From positions 288,001-352,000 of the forward strand of contig CBDDCX010000006.1 in NCBI GenBank assembly GCA_965226375.1: 64,000 nt of DNA, written 5' to 3'. Under the pieces are notes generated by a model. The model worked only from the letters and a program-made list of their open reading frames with translations. It searched no databases and was not told the origin of the DNA. Numbering within the stretch: position 1 is the first letter of the stretch; each line of letters begins with the position of its first letter. Below are positions 61,620-64,000 of the stretch, piece after piece. Origin of the DNA: Longimicrobiales bacterium. Its GTDB lineage: Bacteria; Gemmatimonadota; Gemmatimonadetes; Longimicrobiales; Gaopeijiaceae. The position numbers and the translations under genes are program-made.

Positions 61620-62381
61620 TCACACCTCGCTGCTCGTTATCCTGCTCCGTACGGCTGAGGCTATCTCGGCCAGTACAGCGGGGTCGTCTACCTTCTCGCG
61701 CACCATGCCAACCAGCCACATTATCAAGGCGATGGCTCGGTCCTTGGACAGCATGAGGCCCAAGTCCTTCTTGATCTGAGCTTCGGTGGCCTTCAGCTTG
61801 CGGCCGTGTTCTTGGCAGTGCCTCAGCTCGGTCATCTTCTGCCGCAGGGTCACACCCTGGCCGACCAAGTCGCTTGCCCTTGCCACTAGCCCCCTCACGT
61901 CCTCGGGCGTGTCGTCATCCACTGTGTCCCTCAGGTCGGCCATCACGTCCTGCAGCCGTGCCCAGGCCGCAAAGCCCTCCCCGGTCTCCACCTGCCGGAG
62001 AAGCTCGTCCTCGTAGGCAGTGTTGAGCGCAATCTGCCGGCGTAGCATCGCGTAGTCCGGGTCGCTATACGCCTCACGGAAGTCATCCAGTAAAGCCTCA
62101 GGTATGTACCGCGCTTGCTGTCCATGCACATAGGCCGGGTGGGCCAGCCCGCGTGGTGCCTTCCCCCCATGCCTCGAACATCGCGCCCGGTCCCGCAATG
62201 GCTGGCGCCGGCAAGGCGCCTGCGTGCTGTGCGCCCTGGCTCCGCAAATCTTCCGGTCTTCGTCCTTCTGGATGGCGGCTATCCACCCGGCCCAGCAGGC
62301 GTACCCCGCGTCCCGCGCCTGCTGGTCGTGCTTGGGCGACCAACCACCCCGTGGTATCCTGCTGGGGGCCCTTATTGCCAT
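61620..62381 (-). CDS. HGGxSTG-like Cys/His-motif protein, phage/island associated
   Basis: ICGARAHSTQAPCRRQP....RCSRHGGKAP..HPAYVHG, then a helical C-terminus; GGAGG RBS before ATG 62381. Confidence 0.72.
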   Translation of the reverse strand: MAIRAPSRIPRGGWSPKHDQQARDAGYACWAGWIAAIQKDEDRKICGARAHSTQAPCRRQPLRDRARCSRHGGKAPRGLAHPAYVHGQQARYIPEALLDDFREAYSDPDYAMLRRQIALNTAYEDELLRQVETGEGFAAWARLQDVMADLRDTVDDDTPEDVRGLVARASDLVGQGVTLRQKMTELRHCQEHGRKLKATEAQIKKDLGLMLSKDRAIALIMWLVGMVREKVDDPAVLAEIASAVRSRITSSEV

Positions 62382-62470
62382 GGTGCCTCCATTAGCCAGC
62401 AGGCCTCCATAGGGAGCACCGGCCGTGCCCAGGAAGGTGCACGGCCGCGTCCAGACCATGCTTCTACCAT

Positions 62471-62505
62471 GGGGTTGGTTTTGGGGTTGGTTTTGGGGTT
62501 GGTGT
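62471..62505. repeat. 12-bp tandem repeat GGGGTTGGTTTT x ~3
   Basis: GGGGTTGGTTTT GGGGTTGGTTTT GGGGTTGGTGT read directly. Confidence 0.85.
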
Positions 62506-62610
62506 GACCCGGGTAGACCCCCGTTTCGGGGGGTCCGCGTCCCGTTAGGGTAACGGGCGAATGCCCAGTATTGACACTAAGTTCGCGGAATACGGAGGGG
62601 TGCCAGGCGG

Positions 62611-62650
62611 GGTTAACAGCCAGGCGCTCTGCCAGTTGAGCTACACCCCA
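62611..62650 (-). pseudogene. tRNA-Asn (GTT) 5' half only
   Basis: TGGGGTGTAGCTCAACTGGCAGAGCGCCTGGCTGTTAACC = acceptor 5' strand, D arm, anticodon 5' stem and loop; no T arm follows. Confidence 0.85.
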
Positions 62651-62929
62651 TTCCAGAACCCGACGGGCCTGCACGAAGGCGCCGACCCTGAGCCCCGCGC
62701 GGACTCCCTGTAACCGGGCCACACCACGGGGTGTTCCCCGACCCCCTTCCTGCTCTCCGTAGACCCCATTGCCCGCCCTAGTCCGCGGGCGCACCTTCGG
62801 AGCCGTAAAGTAGCGGGGTAACCCTGGCCCCCGAGACTGGACGTCGGTGAGTCCGCCGGGCTGATAATCGAGCCGGCGGCTCTAGGGCACGACCGACCGG
62901 CCGGACGGGGCTCGGATGGGAAGCGTTTC

Positions 62930-63703
62930 ATGAATCGCATCGAAGGCAAGACCGCCGTGGTCACCGGCGCGACATCCGGAATCGGCGAGTCGTGTGCGCG
63001 CCTCTTCGCCCAGCGCGGGGCGAACCTCATTCTCCTCGCCCGCCGGGAGGAGCGCCTCAACGCCCTTCGAGACGAGCTGTCCGCGACCGGCATCGACGTT
63101 GAAGTCCGGGTCCATGACGTGAGGGATCGATCCCTGGCCGAGGATTTGGCGGCGGATCTGCGAGAGCGCGGAGTCATCCCCGACATCCTCTTGAACAACG
63201 CCGGTCTCGGCCGGGGCCTCGGCACCGTATTCGAAGGCGACATCGAGGATTGGGAGGAGATGATCGACACCAACGTCAAGGGACTCCTCTACATGACCCG
63301 AGCCATCCTCCCTCTCATGGTGGAACAGGACCGGGGCCACGTCATCAACATCGGGAGCATCGCGGGGCGGTGGGTGTACCCGGCAGGCAACGTATACAAC
63401 GCTACGAAGTTCGCGGTGCATGCGCTGAACGAGGCCATGAACGTCGATCTCGTGGGAACGAGCGTCCGGGTGTCGAGCATCGACCCTGGGGCCGTCGAGA
63501 CCGAGTTCTCCCTCGTGAGATTCCATGGGGATGAAGCAAGGGCGGGGAAGATCTATGAAGGGTACACACCCCTCACTCCAGATGACGTCGCCGACGCCGT
63601 CTGTTACGTGGCCAATGCGCCGGCCCACGTCAACGTCCTTCAGCTGGTCATGATGTGCACCGCCCAGCGCTCCGCAACCGTGTTCCATAAGGAGACCTCG
63701 TGA
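62930..63703 (+). CDS. Short-chain dehydrogenase/reductase (YdfG-like)
   Basis: TGATSGIG, NNAG, YNATK, IDPGAVETEF. Confidence 0.93.
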   Translation: MNRIEGKTAVVTGATSGIGESCARLFAQRGANLILLARREERLNALRDELSATGIDVEVRVHDVRDRSLAEDLAADLRERGVIPDILLNNAGLGRGLGTVFEGDIEDWEEMIDTNVKGLLYMTRAILPLMVEQDRGHVINIGSIAGRWVYPAGNVYNATKFAVHALNEAMNVDLVGTSVRVSSIDPGAVETEFSLVRFHGDEARAGKIYEGYTPLTPDDVADAVCYVANAPAHVNVLQLVMMCTAQRSATVFHKETS

Positions 63704-63715
63704 GGATGGTGGCTC

Positions 63716-64000
63716 TTGAGCCCAAGTAGGTCGTCTCCCACCCTCATCGTCTTCTCTCTATGGCTTCTGGTCTTCGCGGCCAGCAGCCAGATCATGATCA
63801 TCTCGCCGATCCTCCCCCCAATCGGCGAAGAGCTCGGAATCGCCGAATCGGTCCTCGGTACGCTCGTCTCTGCGTACTCCCTCATGGTCGGCATCTTCGC
63901 CATCATCTCAGGGCCGATATCGGACAAGATCGGGCGCCGCCGCATCCTGCTCCTCGGATCGGGCTTTATGACCTTGGCCCTGCTGCTGCACCACTTTGTC
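63716..64000 (+). CDS. MFS transporter, 3'-truncated by the window edge
   Basis: Hydrophobic helices and MFS motif A GPISDKIGRRR. Confidence 0.85.
   Translation, partial: MSPSRSSPTLIVFSLWLLVFAASSQIMIISPILPPIGEELGIAESVLGTLVSAYSLMVGIFAIISGPISDKIGRRRILLLGSGFMTLALLLHHFV

Noticed and set aside
62460..62615. Group I intron in tRNA-Asn
   Set aside because: No recognisable P7/catalytic core and no downstream 3' exon in the window

Overview
GC-rich bacterial chromosome segment. The gene content (PadR plus duplicated orphan permease, several secreted S9 peptidases, TonB receptor/ECF sigma/anti-sigma, TamA/TamB) suggests Gemmatimonadota or an Acidobacteriota-like lineage; this is inference only. 1-11.7 kb is an intact housekeeping/envelope run (PASTA, TlpA, YbbR, tsaD, lgt, metallophosphoesterase, Omp85, TamB). 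11.7-57.5 kb is accessory metabolism: a 3-ketoglycoside-type redox cluster, peptidases, transporters, hemB-hemE and nirK. It is interrupted by an IS1595, a ~158-bp MITE-like hairpin and a complete class IIC group II intron behind a terminator, and it carries many gene fragments joined at apparent deletion scars. 57.6-62.65 kb is a collapsed island between an intact tRNA-Ile(GAT) and a tRNA-Asn(GTT) of which only the 5' 40 nt are present. It holds an IS3-family element, an indel-riddled second copy (probably a long-read artefact), an IS481 remnant and a phage-like HGGxSTG-type gene. No CRISPR array or rRNA was seen. The best candidates for something new are the half-tRNA/HGGxSTG locus and the recurring deletion scars; neither can be proven from this window alone. 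All family calls come from reading motifs by eye, not from database searches.
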